Part shown: piece by piece, positions 37,407-50,985 of the stretch | Position numbering within the stretch: position 1 is the first letter of the stretch | Layout of the letters: each line of letters starts with the position of its first letter | Source of the DNA: Octopus sinensis | Taxonomy: Eukaryota | Assembly: GCF_006345805.1 (NCBI RefSeq) | Contig: NC_042999.1 | Coordinates: 169,260,001-169,324,000 of the forward strand | Length of the DNA stretch: 64,000 nt | Direction: 5' to 3' | The notes under the pieces: generated by a model | Database searches by the model: none | Told to the model about the DNA's origin: nothing | Seen by the model: only the letters and a program-made list of their open reading frames with translations | Translations under genes and position numbers: made by a program

Positions 37407-40400
37407 GTAAGTATATATACAACTTTTTTTCAGTTCACTGTCACTTATAGTAAATATTAAACTTAGATGTTGCAATAATAATGTTGTCTTAAGTTTAATA
37501 TGCAAATATAAATTTTCAATAAAAATGATCAATAAGTAAGTCAACAAAAATCTGGAAAGAAACAGTAAGATCACCTACCTTACAGGATAATACAAAGTTG
37601 AAATGACTGATCACATATTGTAATGCAAACCAGTCCAAACCATGCTGGTGTGGAAAAATGAATAGTCAAATAAAAATCTTTGTCTCACCCTGTTCAATGT
37701 TTGTTTTTTTACTTTCACTAGAGTAAAATCTTGAGTTATGGTGAGAAGTATTGTTAGTGAATAGGCAATTTAAAGTCAACATCTGAAGAGAGAACAACTT
37801 CGAAACATTTGCATATTTATGGTGATCTATATGAAATGTTGTAATTAAAGCTGTGAGTCTTCTGCTATCTGCCTCCACTCTTCTTAAGACATAATGTTGA
37901 CATGCAAGAATAAAGATAGCAAAATTTTGTTTTGAAAATATATACACTCATGATGTGGTTAAAATTGCAAACCCTTAAAAAGAAATATATTGTTTTATTT
38001 TTTATTAGTGCTTTCATGTTATGACAAATATTCCTGATATATACTCTAGATTGTAAGAATGTGTCTTACAAAGTTATTCCAGATCAAGAATATTTGTGTC
38101 CCATAGAATTTACACTCAGTATTGATATGTTATATACAGGATCAGGAATCCTAATGTTTAATTCTTATTATAACCAAAATTGGTGTTCATACTTTGATAA
38201 TTATTAAAATATGTATATATGATATATTAGAGCTAGTTAGTTTTATGCATAGTAAATGAAATCATTGTTATCATTAATGTAGGAAATGGATAGCAGAATT
38301 TGTTGAGTGTCAGACATAATATTTTGTGATATTTAACTGTGACCCCTTACATTTTTAGTTCAAATTTGCAATTTTCATCTTTCTGGGATGATAAAATAAG
38401 TATCATTAGTATATACATTTGACCATGCTATACCCTAAAATTTGTAGCCTTGTATCAATGAAATACAACAATATTATGATTAATGCTACCACTAAACCTT
38501 GATGTATTCAACTATTTTAGTTGTATACTGTGTATAAATTTTTGTCGATTTATAATTTTAGCTTTTCTTTGTCTTACGCTGTTCAATCTTTGCTTTTTTT
38601 ACTTTCACTAGGCTAAAATTTTGAAGTTATATAAATCTTTAAGTCCTGTTAGAAACTAGAGATTTTGATAAAATATAATTATCCCAGTATAAAAATCATA
38701 AAAATATAACTATTGCACGAGTCTAGATTTGTGTATATTGTGGATATGGTTTTTACCTGTTGTCATGTCTGTTTCACCTGGCTAGGTTGATTGAAATATG
38801 ATAAGTTGATATGTTTTTTCACATATTTTTACATGATATCAAAACCAAGGTAACAATGTCCAACTCTGAATTTGTGATCAAGGTAGTCTCAGCAACTTGG
38901 AAGTTACCATCAGAAAAAACATTTCAAAATACGCCTTCATCTCTTCATTTAAGGGTTTTGCTAAGCCCAACCAATTATTATTTACTTTTACAACAATTAT
39001 GTTTTTTTCATAAGCCCACTAGTACACGGTGACCTTACATTTAAAATATATCAGTAAAATACTGTTTTTTTTTTGGGGGGGGGGGTTCATCCTTTCCATT
39101 CACTAACTAAAGCATTGATGCAATGACCAACAATAGTGGCAACACTACTCCTGCTCAGAATTGATAAATTGTGATACCACTTAGTTTGTGGGTGTGTGTA
39201 GATGACACTGAAATATTGCTTTAATTATTTTCTCCAATTCCAGATTTTCTTTATCTAATTAAGTCATTAATAAATGAAATCATTGAATTTTAACTCACTG
39301 CTTGAGGTATTAACTACTTTTGTGTTTGAAAATCTAAGAAAGAAAAATTTGAAGAAATTCAAAGAACAAAGCACAAAAGAATAGATGCACATAATAAGTC
39401 TTTTGACTGGAATTTCTTTCTAGAATGCGGCTCAGTTCCAAACAACAACACTGAATTGCAGTACTGCACTTAAAGGGCTTATTAAAAAAGTTTACTGAAT
39501 GTATTATTTAGTTGATATTTTATTGATATAATCCATGAAGGATCAGACAACATACCTTCTAAGTACCACCAAGGTCAGCTTTGCTTTGCATCCTGGGGGT
39601 TGATGGAAATAAATTTCAGTTCAATTGAATGTTCCTACAGCCTAGTTTATGACTTTTGTATTAGAAATCATTATAATTATTTTATTCAATAAAAAGATTT
39701 AAACTTATATCTTATTTTTGTCAAATCAAAAATAGTATTTTTGAATTATTGTGTAGAGGGAAGAAAAAAAATCTCATGTCTAGATATACATGATTTTTTT
39801 TTTTTTTTCAAAACTATAAAATCTCACTTTTACTTTCGTTTTAATTACTTGATGCTGACCATATTTTGATTTTGTTTTTCTTGCCAGCAGATTGCCATAA
39901 TAAAAGTGACTATAAGTTTCTTCAGCTCTTGCTATCATTGCATGATTTTATGTTTTATATTTTATTTTTGTTTTTACATAAGGTTCAATATGTATTTCTT
40001 GGTCCTTGATTTGTTGCTCTTATATAGAATGTTTCTACCTTATCATTATATAAAACAGTTTAGTTGTAGCTGGATCCAGATAATTAATATAGCAGTGATT
40101 GTCAAATCTTTTTTTTTTTTCTTGATTTTATTGAAATCTCTAAATCATTTTGGTGTTAGAAATTTTAGAGGCATTAGATTGTTTAGTCTATCTACATAGT
40201 TCCAGGGACTACTGCATTAGACAGAAGCTACTCTGTTGTTTCAACAGTATCTCTATTGCATTTTATTATTTGAAATTAGTCTAGAGTTAGATTTAAGATA
40301 TAGTAGGTCTGCAACCACTTATGCAGTGTGCCTTTTAGGGTAGTTAAATTAACTTAAAGTCTTTTCAACAAGCTTATACAGGCTCTGTCTCTCTCAATAG

Positions 40401-43400
40401 CTTTAGTATTTCAGAAGACTGCAGCTTGTCAAGAATGTATTAGGTAGGCTGTAGATGGCTTATAATCTATGATGCAACTATTATTGAATCTGCATAGCTC
40501 ACACCAAGGACTTATTCATTCATAATGATTTCTGAAAACCCAGTTAATCCTATATTCTAAACTGATTTTAAGCATACAACATCACTATATTGAACTTAAT
40601 ATTTTTCATTGCATTGTCTCAGTTATTATATAATGTTAAACCTTGAAAACTAGAAGAAAAATTAAAATACATGAAAGTAAGCAGGTACAAAATAACGTTG
40701 ACAATAGTAGTATTTCATTGTTAGGATGAGTATCTTAATATTCCTTTATCATACCTAAATTCTTTGTCTCTGCTATGTGTTTATGTATATGACATACATG
40801 TGTACGTAGTGGTTGATTGTGTGATCTGTTGTAGCTTTGTCATCAGTGATATTCAGTTAATATTACTGCATATGCTTCTGCTTTTACAACTCCAAAATTA
40901 TTGATGTCTACCTATGTGTTGTATCCTTTATTTTAACTACTATTACAGCAGTTTTCTTCTTTCCTGGAGGTCAGTATATTGTTGGAATGCTATTAAAGTA
41001 GAAATAAACTGATGAGCTTTGGAGTTCTTTTCTTTTTGAAGTGTTTGTTGTTGGTTTTGTTTTTGTTTTGTATTTTGCCTATATGTGTGTTATATGCATG
41101 CATGTTGGATTAAAGATTTGACTCTTTAGTTGATTAGCTTAATGTTAAGCATTTTCAAATTTGTCTCTTTTTTTATAATTGTCTTGTTTTCTTTGGAAAA
41201 GTTTAACATTGAGGGAATCGACTACCATGCTAAAGTATCTTTAATGCAGCCTGTATTATGATGCATTTCTGCTAAAATATATTTTCACAGTTCTGACAAT
41301 TAGTTCTGTAGATTTGCTGTAGGAAACAAATATCTGTATCGTTTTATTGACTACATAATTTAAAACCTATAGATTTAACAAATATTTCCTTTTTGTTTAT
41401 TCTCTGAATTATTAATATTACTTAAACTTTATTACTGCTAATCCCAAATCATTTCTAACTATTTTCTGTTGCATTGTATTTTCTTTTGTGTCTATGTGTG
41501 TTTCAGATTTGTAAGAATTTTCAGGATATATCATAAAATCTTTACAATAACCTACAACACATATTCTTCTCTCTCCTTCAATCTCAAAATTTGTTTGGTG
41601 ACACCATATTAAAATTACAACAGAGATTAATATTTGTTGACCTATTCATTCTGCTTTTGTATTTTGAAAATTTTTTTTTATTGTCACAGATCAAAAGATT
41701 AGTTGAGTATCAGCTAAATGATCAATGGTTTGTTACCATGGCAAAAGCATCTAATTCAACTCTCAATAAATCATTCCGTCTAGCGATAAATAGTTACAGT
41801 GGGAATGGGAACTACTGCAGTATATCCTCCCTTCACTTATCAGATCAGTGGTTCCAAAACTTTGTCATTTATCATCTGCCTTGTTTCCAATATCTTATAC
41901 CCCATAACATGTTTCTCAGGCTTTTAACTACCACCTCTTTTCTTTTACTAATGCTTTTTCAGTACCCCATGAATACAAAATTGAATATACCACAAAAATC
42001 TACTGCCAATACGTTGATCATTAAAAAGCTTCGTATACATAAGTCAGTTTAGTTCCAGGTACTAGTCTGTCAAAGGTGATTACTTACCACTGCACCACCT
42101 TATCATCCATATAATAATCTGCTTGTTCATTCCCCCATTATACTTTAGTTAGTTAGAGAGGTGGAGTAAAAGTGAGAGAGAGGGGTGGAGTGTGATTCAA
42201 GAAGAAAAGAAGTAGAGAAAGATGTATAATAAGGCCAAATGCATCAGGTGGTTAGTTCAAGGGAAAAGTGAAGAGGTAGAGAGGAATGTTAACAATGTAC
42301 TGTAGGGTGGGGAGGGAAGGGTAAAGAAAAAGATATGTTTAGGATACAATATTTAGCAGAGGGTGATGTTCTGGTGGTAAAGAAAGGTAAATAGAGAGAG
42401 ATGGACAAGGAAGGCAGTTACATTAAGAGAGAGAGTGAGGCGGATAGCATTTGTATTGTCAGAGTAGAAATACAGTGACAGCAAAAGTAGATATAAACAA
42501 ACAGCTGGACTGATATGAAATGAGATGAGCTTTGTTACTGAAAACTGATGATGGTCGTGGTTTGTTGATAGTGGAAAGTATTTTTTTCATCAAACTAAAT
42601 CTATAATATTCTTCCACCTGTTTGTTCACACTTTACTCTTTAGTTTGTTAGCGAGGAGGAGGTGGTGGTGTGAGAGAGAGGAAGAGGGAATGTGAGAGTG
42701 AGTGAGAGAACAGATAGCTGGTCAATGCATTATGCTGTCACTCATGTAGTTAGTGGAAGTGCGATGTGAAGAGAAAGAGAAAAATGTTAAATATGCATGG
42801 TTAAAAAGTTTGTTGAAGAGGTGAAGCGAAAAAGAAATATAAAGCGCTGAGCAGGTGGAAATTTTTAAATCATAAAATATATTATTGTGACTGGATGTGA
42901 AATAACTTAGCCAAATAAAAATAAAGATTATCCTTTCTTTCTTAGGTAGCTTCTCTTAATCTTTTTTATTCTGTGGAATTTTCACAGGTCCCACTAGTAA
43001 ACAAACATTTCTCATATCATTTAATCTTGGTTATTGACCCAACCCTTAGCACATTACTTTAAGCCAAACTCATTTATTTATTCCTTGTGCTTCATATATA
43101 GCTACAATTGAAATTTATCTTTGTATTCAAATTTATATTGTATTTGAACATTCAGAAAATGGTTATATTTTTTATGTTTGCAGATATATTGATTTTTCTG
43201 CTCATGTGCAAGTTGACTTTTGTTTGGTTATACTTGGAGGTGGACACATCATGAGATTAACAATGAGACTCATTATTAAAAGCAATAATATTTAAGCATT
43301 TTGGGACATTACCTAATGCTACAGATGCAGAAACTATCTTTATTGCATATATGGAAATACCCACTGTTTGACTGTCTTTCAAATTATACTTTTGTTTATT

Positions 43401-43984
43401 GTTTATAATTTACATCCATAAATTTAGTTTTGCTTATTTATTTATTTACATTTTGAAGTTTCTTGTTATTGCTAGTGTTGTTATTATTATCATTGTTATT
43501 GTGATAACAGTTTATCATAGTATTACATTTAAATTTGTTTAAAGTTGATATTTAAATAAGAATAGACTAAAAAAACTCTACAGATGCATCTATCATCTCT
43601 TCTCTTATTGTTGCTGGAGCAGTACTGCTCAATTTTTGAAGCATTACCTTATGACATTACTGAGTCATGTTAAAGGGTAGGAATCACTCAGTAGAGTAGA
43701 TCACATAACACAATAGAAATCTCATAAGGTTGATAAGGAAATGAACATCCGTTTAGAAATGCTTTCTCTCTTAATAACTTTTGTAATCCCAATAAACCCC
43801 AGCATATAATATGGGAACCACTGATTTAGATGAAGAGAAAATATTAAGTAATACTGCTCTGACCCAAAATATTAAGTGTTATTAGTGGAATTCATATCCA
43901 CATTTGCAGTTTTTATATATAAAGCATGTTTTGATACTAAGAGGAGCATTCATGCAGCTGTAAAAGCAATTGCACCAACAGTGT

Positions 43985-44115
43985 CTTAAATTTAACCTGG
44001 GCATCCAGCTGTAGAAACCATGCCAAATCAGACTGGACCTGGTGCAGCTTGCTAGCTCAGGTGAAACCATCCAACCCTTGTCAGCATAGAAAGCAGATAT
44101 TAAATGATGATGAGG
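43985..44115 (+). mobile_element. RTE 3' UTR fragment
   Basis: gggcatccagctgtagaaacc...ccatccaacccttgtcagcatagaaagc plus (GAT)n. Confidence 0.75.
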
Positions 44116-44258
44116 AGGATGACAACAAATGGCATGAGATTGGATATAGAAAAATTTATGTTGAGAGTTCTGTCCAAAAATGTTGGTTGGTTTGAGTCTT
44201 TAACAATCTCTGTCTCTTTTCTCTTCTTTCTTTTCTCACTGTCATTTGCTACATAGAG

Positions 44259-44840
44259 AATACCAAACTCATTCCCTATGGATACCGTATTTATTACAAC
44301 GAGTGGCTTGTAAATGTATCTAACAAGCGAAAGCGAGTTAGATACGTTTACAAGACACTCGTAATAAATACAGTATCCATAGGGAATGAGTTTGGTATTT
44401 TATTTATTACACACAAATAAACAAATAAACGACCATATTTTATTAACCCAATAACTAAATTCTTCACATCGTGTTGAAGCGCGCATGAATACAGCTTGAT
44501 TTCACGTCGGTGACGTCACAATGTGTAACTGTAAAAGATGTCATGCCGCAGGAAGATAGTCCGACTTTATAGCGCTAAGTTTTCAGGTGAAATGACTGAA
44601 AACTGATGACTGTTTAACATTTTGTTAACATTCAAGTTCACGTTCAAGAAATACATAACACACGTGAAAGTAATGAATGAAGTTTAGTTGTAACTTATGA
44701 ATGACAAAAGTAGTGCCGTCACCGTGACCTCGGGTCATCACCATGGATTGACCAATCAGAAGCAGCGCTCGCAGTATCTGACATATGTTAGATACCAAAA
44801 ATATCTCAGTGTTCTCACTCACATGTGTGTAATAAATGTC
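44259..44840. mobile_element. Structured hairpin-bearing element of unknown family
   Basis: About 65-bp stem (44259-44324 / 44337-44399) with GCGAAAGC in the loop, a 14-bp inverted pair (44402-44415 / 44824-44837) and a second small hairpin (44774-44795). Confidence 0.55.
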
Positions 44841-45580
44841 TTTATCAGTTTCTCGCTCTGTCATTGTCTAATTTCTCTTCCACTTCTAATTAATAAACTC
44901 CAACAGTTTTCTGAACCAATTCTTCTAATGCTATGATTTTCCTAGTGTCATCTGTGACTCCTATATTGTCCAGTCTGCTGTTGCTGGCTATTTTGTTTGG
45001 TTTCATTGTTTTTTTATAGAAAATCATTTAAAATGATGCATGCTTCTAGATTCTGGCATTTTTGGTTAAGCATTTTTTGTTGTGTAATTATATTACACAA
45101 CAGATAACACTTAACAATTTATCATAATTCATCTCTATCTTTTGGTATTGTTTGTTGTGTTGCTTTAAAACTGTTCTTATTGGTTTTTATAAAGAAATAG
45201 TTTACTGGTCTTCAGTGAATTGATTTCAGACTGTGTGTGCCCTTCTCCATCTTTAATTTATTAATCTTCTCCCTTAAATTTAATTTCTACCCATTTCAAG
45301 AATATGCATGATTTGTGGTTAAAACTTTTAATGCTACACTCTCTGCCACCAAGATTGGTGCAAGGTATATTACACTTTCTACTGGTACTTTTAAGTTCAA
45401 AGTACATTATACTGTTTCTATGATTGTCCTACAATTTTAATAGGTTTACAATAGGTGCTGAGGTCTTCTGTGCCTTGTGACTAGTTTCTGTGTGTATTCA
45501 ATGTCTGTTGCTTTTCGCTGCTTCATAAAATAAACTTTAAATCATTATATTACATGGGATAATGCTGGGCAAAGTTATGA

Positions 45581-45623
<43 letters not shown>

Positions 45624-45624
45624 A

Positions 45625-45975
45625 ATAATAATAATAATAATAATAATAAACATTGTGTACAGTGCTCAGGTGCACTACAACTCATCTAAAGTGTATATAT
45701 AATCAGGTGTAGTTTCGGCGGATTTCGGGAAGCATGAGGGCCTTAAAGGATGCAGTGTCATGGCAGTCAACAACTGACGCAGGCAGTTTATTCCACGCTT
45801 CAGCAACCCTGAGCGTGAAAAAATGTTTCCGAAAGTCATGGGAGCTGTGTTGTTTTCTGACTTTGTAGGCATGTCCACGTGTATTGGACACATGAAGATC
45901 AAAAAGGTGTTCAGTGTTGTTATTGGTGAGGTAGTTGACAACTTTGTGGGCGTATACCAAGTCCGTCACCAGACG
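45625..45975 (-). mobile_element. CR1/L2-type LINE 3' end
   Basis: TRGHAYK...FRKHFFTLRVAEAWNKLP motif (ORF 45703-45969) and an (ATT)n tail. Confidence 0.85.
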
Positions 45976-46282
45976 CCGGAGCTTCAGTGAATTAAGCGAG
46001 TTAGAAAAGAAGACATTTACAAATGTCTTTGTGTAATATTGATAAACTCTTATTTCATGTTCATTCTAAATGATCCCATGATTCTGAGAAATCAGTCAGT
46101 TGCCCTTTACTCTTCTTTTGTTTGGTTTTGTTGTTGTTTCTTTCAGCCTGAGATAGATGGGATCCAAACTCAATCCATTTGCATCATTATCTTCAATCTA
46201 GGTAGAATTAAAATAAATAGAACCTCACACTAAATTGTCTGTTTTTGTTAGTAATTCCAGTTGCTATATTAATTTTGTTGCA

Positions 46283-46960
46283 TGAAGAATGTGATTTAAG
46301 TGCTTTTGCAGAAATACATTTAATGCTAATGTTAGAAAATTGATACAAAAAGGAACTGCAAATGGAATTGAATCTCAGACTAAAGAACTTCTGTGGTGAA
46401 AATTCAGAATGACTGGCTTTACCAAAAACTACCACTAAATAAAATAACTTCAGTTGTAAATTAAATTCCACAGTTTAATTTTATTTAGAAACTTTATTTA
46501 TTTCTTTTATTTGTTTCAGTCATTAGATTGTGGCCACTTTTATTTATTATTTACTTCCTTTTTACTTAATTTTTGTATTATATTTATTTTTTCATATAAA
46601 AATAAAAATAAGAATTCAGTATTTGAAGACATCTGAGACATTGCAACTTGTAAATTGCTTTTGAAGCGATTGTCTGTGAAGCTTGATCTTTTTTTTTTTA
46701 TTTATTTACTCAAGAAAAAAACTTTCAGTCATTTATAAGTGTTATCAAAACATCATGGCATATTTTCTGACAAAGGTGGTGTTTCTCAGGAATAGCAATA
46801 TATAAAAAAAAGAAATGACAACAAAAATTTCGTCACAAAATTTTCACCACAGAAGTTCTTTAGTCTGAGATTCAATTCCATTTGCAGTTCCTTTTTGTAT
46901 CAATTTTCTAACATTAGCATTAAATGTATTTCTGCAAAAGCACTTAAATCACATTCTTCA
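46283..46960. repeat. Perfect 122-bp inverted repeat with a 434-bp spacer
   Basis: 46283-46404 is the exact reverse complement of 46839-46960 by hand comparison. Confidence 0.9.
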
Positions 46961-47429
46961 GTGTTTGGAGTGATTTAATCTAGATCTCATTTTTTTTTTT
47001 TTTTAACATCTCTATTCTTTTTTAAGTTTGATTCATCATTTTAATATTATGATACCTTATGGTTGGTTAATGTATGCATGTGTGTGTTTTAATTGTTTAA
47101 GATTCAGCTGAAGTTGTTTTTCTGTAACTGATGCAGATAATATTGAGAAAAAGTTGCAGAAAATTTCTGAAACATTGAGAACATCCCATCACCACCATCT
47201 TTGCTCCTTTTCCAGCTGACATGGCCATATATCTCTTCAACAGCAAGATACTTATCGTGCCATACATTTGCCTCTCAATACCCCACTCAACACTACACTT
47301 TCTTCTCAGTCAAGGGGTCTTGTATTGTGAGCTATTCAGTGACTTTACTAGTGCTGGTGACATAAAAAAAGTACCCAATACACTCTGTAAAGTAATTGGT
47401 ATTGAGAAGGGCTGTAAAGTAATTGGTAT

Positions 47430-47648
47430 TAAGGCGGCGAGCTGGCAGAAACGTTAGCACGCCGGGTGAAATGCTTAGCGGTATTTCGTCTGCTTTACGT
47501 TGTGAATTCAAATTCCGCCGAGGTTGACTTTGCCTTTCATCCTTTCGGGGTCGATAAATTAAGTACCAGTTACGCACTGGGGTCGATGTAATCGACTTAA
47601 TACCTATGTCTGTCCTTGTTTAGCCCCTTGTGGGTAATAAAGAAATAG
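47430..47648 (+). mobile_element. Young family A SINE inserted into an RTE 3' UTR fragment (about 47330-47780)
   Basis: CpG-rich intact head aaggcggcgagctggcagaaacg; flanked by ggtatt...ggtatt; RTE tail resumes at gagaaggcatcc. Confidence 0.85.
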
Positions 47649-48368
47649 GTATTGAGAAAGGCATCCAACTGTAGAAATCATGCCAAAACATATTGGAGTT
47701 TGACACCATCCTCTGATCTGTTAGATTCTGTCAAACCATCCAACCCATGCCAACATGGAAATATAGATGCTAAAAGATGGTAATGTTCATGATAATTTTT
47801 TCATCTTATATAAGTTTTTCAATGTTACTACTTTATCATTAAGGCAGTTATAGACTGAAATGGCAGTGTTGGCTTTGAGGTATTTAGCTGCATATCTTTA
47901 TGTGCTGTGTTCAAACTCTGCAAAACCGATATTGTCTTTCATTGATAAAATTAGTGCTTTTTGTACTGAAAATGTGCAGCCTTGTGCCAGTGGGTTTCTG
48001 TACTTGTTTATATAAAGTAAGATGAGAATAGGATTGCTTGCTTTCCAAACTGCCAAGTTCAATAAAACTAGTATCACTTGTGCCGATTTAAAAAAAATTT
48101 TAATTCTGTTACAGGCACAAGGCCTGAAATTATGGTAGGGAGGAGTTGATTGCATTGATCCCTGTGCTCACCTGGTCCTTATAACAACACCAATGACGAC
48201 AGTGACATAATGATAATAAAAGTAATTGCAGTAGTAAATAAAATGCATAGGATTAAGGCAGCATCATGTTGAGCCAAGCCTGTCTTGATTAGAACCAATT
48301 CCTTTTGAGTGCCTGATACCTTTGGAAAAGCAGGAATAGCACCAAATAATGTTGAAATATATAATACA

Positions 48369-49143
48369 CTAGCAGTATCGCCCGGCGTTGCTCGGGTTTG
48401 TAAGGGAAATCTTTATATATAAAAGTGAAGTTGTGTGTCTGTCTCCTGCGATTTAGATTCCTAACTACTCCCACATTTCACGGTGCAGTGTAACCAAAAG
48501 CAGGTATCTTATAGTCGTGATTCATATGGAGCCTTTCTGGGTATTAGCGCGCGATTTAAAAGAAATTTACCATAATTTTTTTCCCATTTTTAATGCATTT
48601 TTTGCTATTATATAAGGGAAGTAACTCTCTAAAAATGTATTATTAAATCTCAGAACATAAAAAGCTACAGTAACACCCCCCTTTGTGGTTAGCCATATTG
48701 AGATGGCTATTATACTTTACATCTCTAAAAATGCTTATATAGTTATTTCCCTTACAAACCCGAGTAACGCCGGGCGATACTACTAGTAACTATATAAACA
48801 TTTTTAGAGAGTTATAGCCAAAAAATAGCAAAAAATTGCATTAAAAATGGAAAAAAAATTATGGTAAATTTTTTTTTAAATCGTTGACTCATCGTAGACA
48901 TTTTAGAGAGTTACTTCCCTTATATAGTAGTGAAAAAAAGGCATTAAAATGGAAAAACATGATGGTAAATTATTTTTAAAATCGTAGACTCATCGTAGAC
49001 GCGCGCTAATACCCAGACGGGCTCGATATGAATCACGACTATAAGATACCCGCTTTTGGTTAAACTGCACCGCAAAATGTGGGAGTAGTTAGGAATCTAA
49101 ATCGTAGGAGACAGACACACAACTTCACTTTTATATATAAAGA
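48369..49143 (-). mobile_element. Short non-autonomous Helitron (host copy), interrupted by a same-family copy
   Basis: 5' A|TCTTTATATATAAAAGTG at 49143; 3' hairpin plus CTAG|T at 48369. Confidence 0.88.
48410..48786 (+). mobile_element. Short non-autonomous Helitron (377 bp) nested in the host copy
   Basis: gggaaA|TC...CTAG|Taactatata. The uninterrupted site gggaaataactatata is seen in the copy at 55473. Confidence 0.9.
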
Positions 49144-49329
49144 TATATATTCTGCACAAAGCAATGCTTGTTGTTGACTAGCCCTGATTAGTTTAACATC
49201 TATAAAAGAGAGTATAGCACTAATGTCATCGTATGAAGTATTTGATTATCATTTCCACCCTGGTTATTACACCTTTGAAATATGTTGTTCTAAGATTTAG
49301 CTTAAAATATATAAGGGTGGTAGGGGGAG

Positions 49330-49560
49330 GAGTCATGTAGCCACCGTTCTAGGAGCTTCAAGTATCTGTTACTGGTTTCAATCATTGGATTGTGACCACA
49401 CTAGTTTAAGGGTTTAGTCAAACAGATCAACTCCCAGTACTTATTTTTAAGCCTGGTACTTATTTTCTCAGTCTCTTTTCACAAACTGCTATGTTAGAAG
49501 GAAATAAACAAACCAACACCAGTTGTCAAGCAATGGTGGGGACTAACAATTTTTTTTTCT
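49330..49560 (+). mobile_element. Degenerate CORE-type SINE (family B)
   Basis: ggaggagtcatgtagcc...aagcctggtacttattt...ccagttgtcaagcaatggtgggg. Confidence 0.55.
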
Positions 49561-49759
49561 TTAGACCATGCATCATTGTTGACCATGACCAAGGATATTA
49601 GATGGGAGAAGACAAGGCATGATGTATCCAGCTGTGGCCAATCAGTTGGATGCGTGCTTGGAATGCTGTGCCATAGGTTGGACACTGACAGTCTGTTGGG
49701 ATGAAGGCAAAGAGTTGACTCTGCACTTGCATACTTCACATTTTTTTGTACCCCTGCAA

Positions 49760-50985
49760 CCCTGTTCTGTTTATAGCAGGTGGCACCTCTGTTAGTTCAG
49801 CTTTACCAGGCAAGGCAGTCTTGTGCTTGGGTTTCTCAGGGGTTTAGGTTAATCTCAAAGGTTTTCATTGAACTTTAAGTGTGTCCTTGAAACACTTTTT
49901 CTGTCCACTTGCTTTCCACTAGTTCACTGTGAAACAGTTTTTTGTGGGGTTGCATATCACATGGCCTGTCCACTTGACTTGTGCTCTCCTCAGCAGTGTG
50001 TAAATGCTTGGTAGATCAGTTCAAGAGAGCACCTCTGTATAAGGAACATTGTCTAGCCAGTGGCTTTTCAACAACTTTCTCAGGCAGTTCATGTGGAAGT
50101 GGTTTAGTTTTTCAGTGTAGCATTCATTAACTGGCCAAGACAGGTGTGCAGTTGTGTAGGCAGTACAGCTGCTTGTCAAGTTGGTGTCCAGCCTAATACC
50201 TCTCCTTTCCAAAACTGATTCATGTAGCTTCCCTTGCCGATGCATGTATCAACTCCATTGTCATTGTTCACAGATCTGGAGAGTATACAGCCAAGGTACA
50301 TGAACTTATCAACAACTTTCAAGGTATCCCCTTTGACAGTCATGGTTGGTTCCCCATATGGCTTGTGCGGGGCAAGTTGGTGCCTGAGCTCTACCCTCTG
50401 AGTGGAAGCACTCCGTCGGTTATGACGATGAGGGTTCCGGTTGATCCGAATCAACAGAACAGCCTGCTCGTGAAATTAACGTGTAAGTGGCTGAGCACTC
50501 CACAGACACGTGTACCCTTAACGTAGTTCTCGGGGATATTCAGCGTGACACAGAGAGTGACAAGGCCGGCCCTTTGAAATACAGGTACAACAGAAACAGG
50601 AAGTAAGAGTGAGAGAAAGTTGTAGTGAAAGAGTACAGCAGGGATCACCACCATCCCCTGCCGGAGCCTCGTGGAGCTTTAGGTGTTTCCGCTCAATAAA
50701 CACTCACAACGCCTGGTCGGGGAATCGAAACCGTTATCCTATGACCACGAGTCCGCTGCCCTACCCACTGGGCCATCGCACCTCCACACCCTCTGAGTAC
50801 TGATTGTAGGGCCAAAGTCATCACAGGCAGTGGAAAGGCAGTTTACGTTCTGTTGCATCCCAGCATCTGTGGTGGCATTGAGTATGCAGTCATCTATGAA
50901 TAGGAAGCCATGCACTGAGTCCTCTTCCACCTTGATTTTGGCCTGTGGCCTTGGCAGGTTGAAGTGTCTGCCATCAAACACACAC
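49760..50985 (-). mobile_element. Old RTE/BovB-like LINE RT fragment interrupted by a SINE
   Basis: FDGRHFNL, LFIDDC, LKVVDKFMYLG, RRGIRLDT, LNHFHMNCLRKLLK motifs. Confidence 0.85.
50404..50787 (-). mobile_element. tRNA-derived SINE (family C, 384 bp) with an 11-bp TSD
   Basis: Head gtggaggtgcgatggcccagtgggtaggg...ggtttcgattcccc (A/B boxes); TSD ACCCTCTGAGT at 50393-50403 and 50788-50798. Confidence 0.88.

Noticed and set aside
42130-42830. Purine-rich tract that might be an old L2/CR1-like fragment on the minus strand
   Set aside because: No recognisable protein motif could be read; left unannotated.
41846-43823. hAT/Charlie-like TIR pair (cagtggttcc...gggaaccactg)
   Set aside because: The putative 8-bp TSDs match at only 5 of 8 positions and the 2-kb interior is heterogeneous. 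They may be ends of two unrelated MITEs.
50720-50787. Possible tRNA gene (also heads at 3460-3517, 47430-47520, 52720-52811)
   Set aside because: A/B boxes run into multicopy SINE bodies with TSDs or tails, and there is no complete cloverleaf. These are SINE heads.
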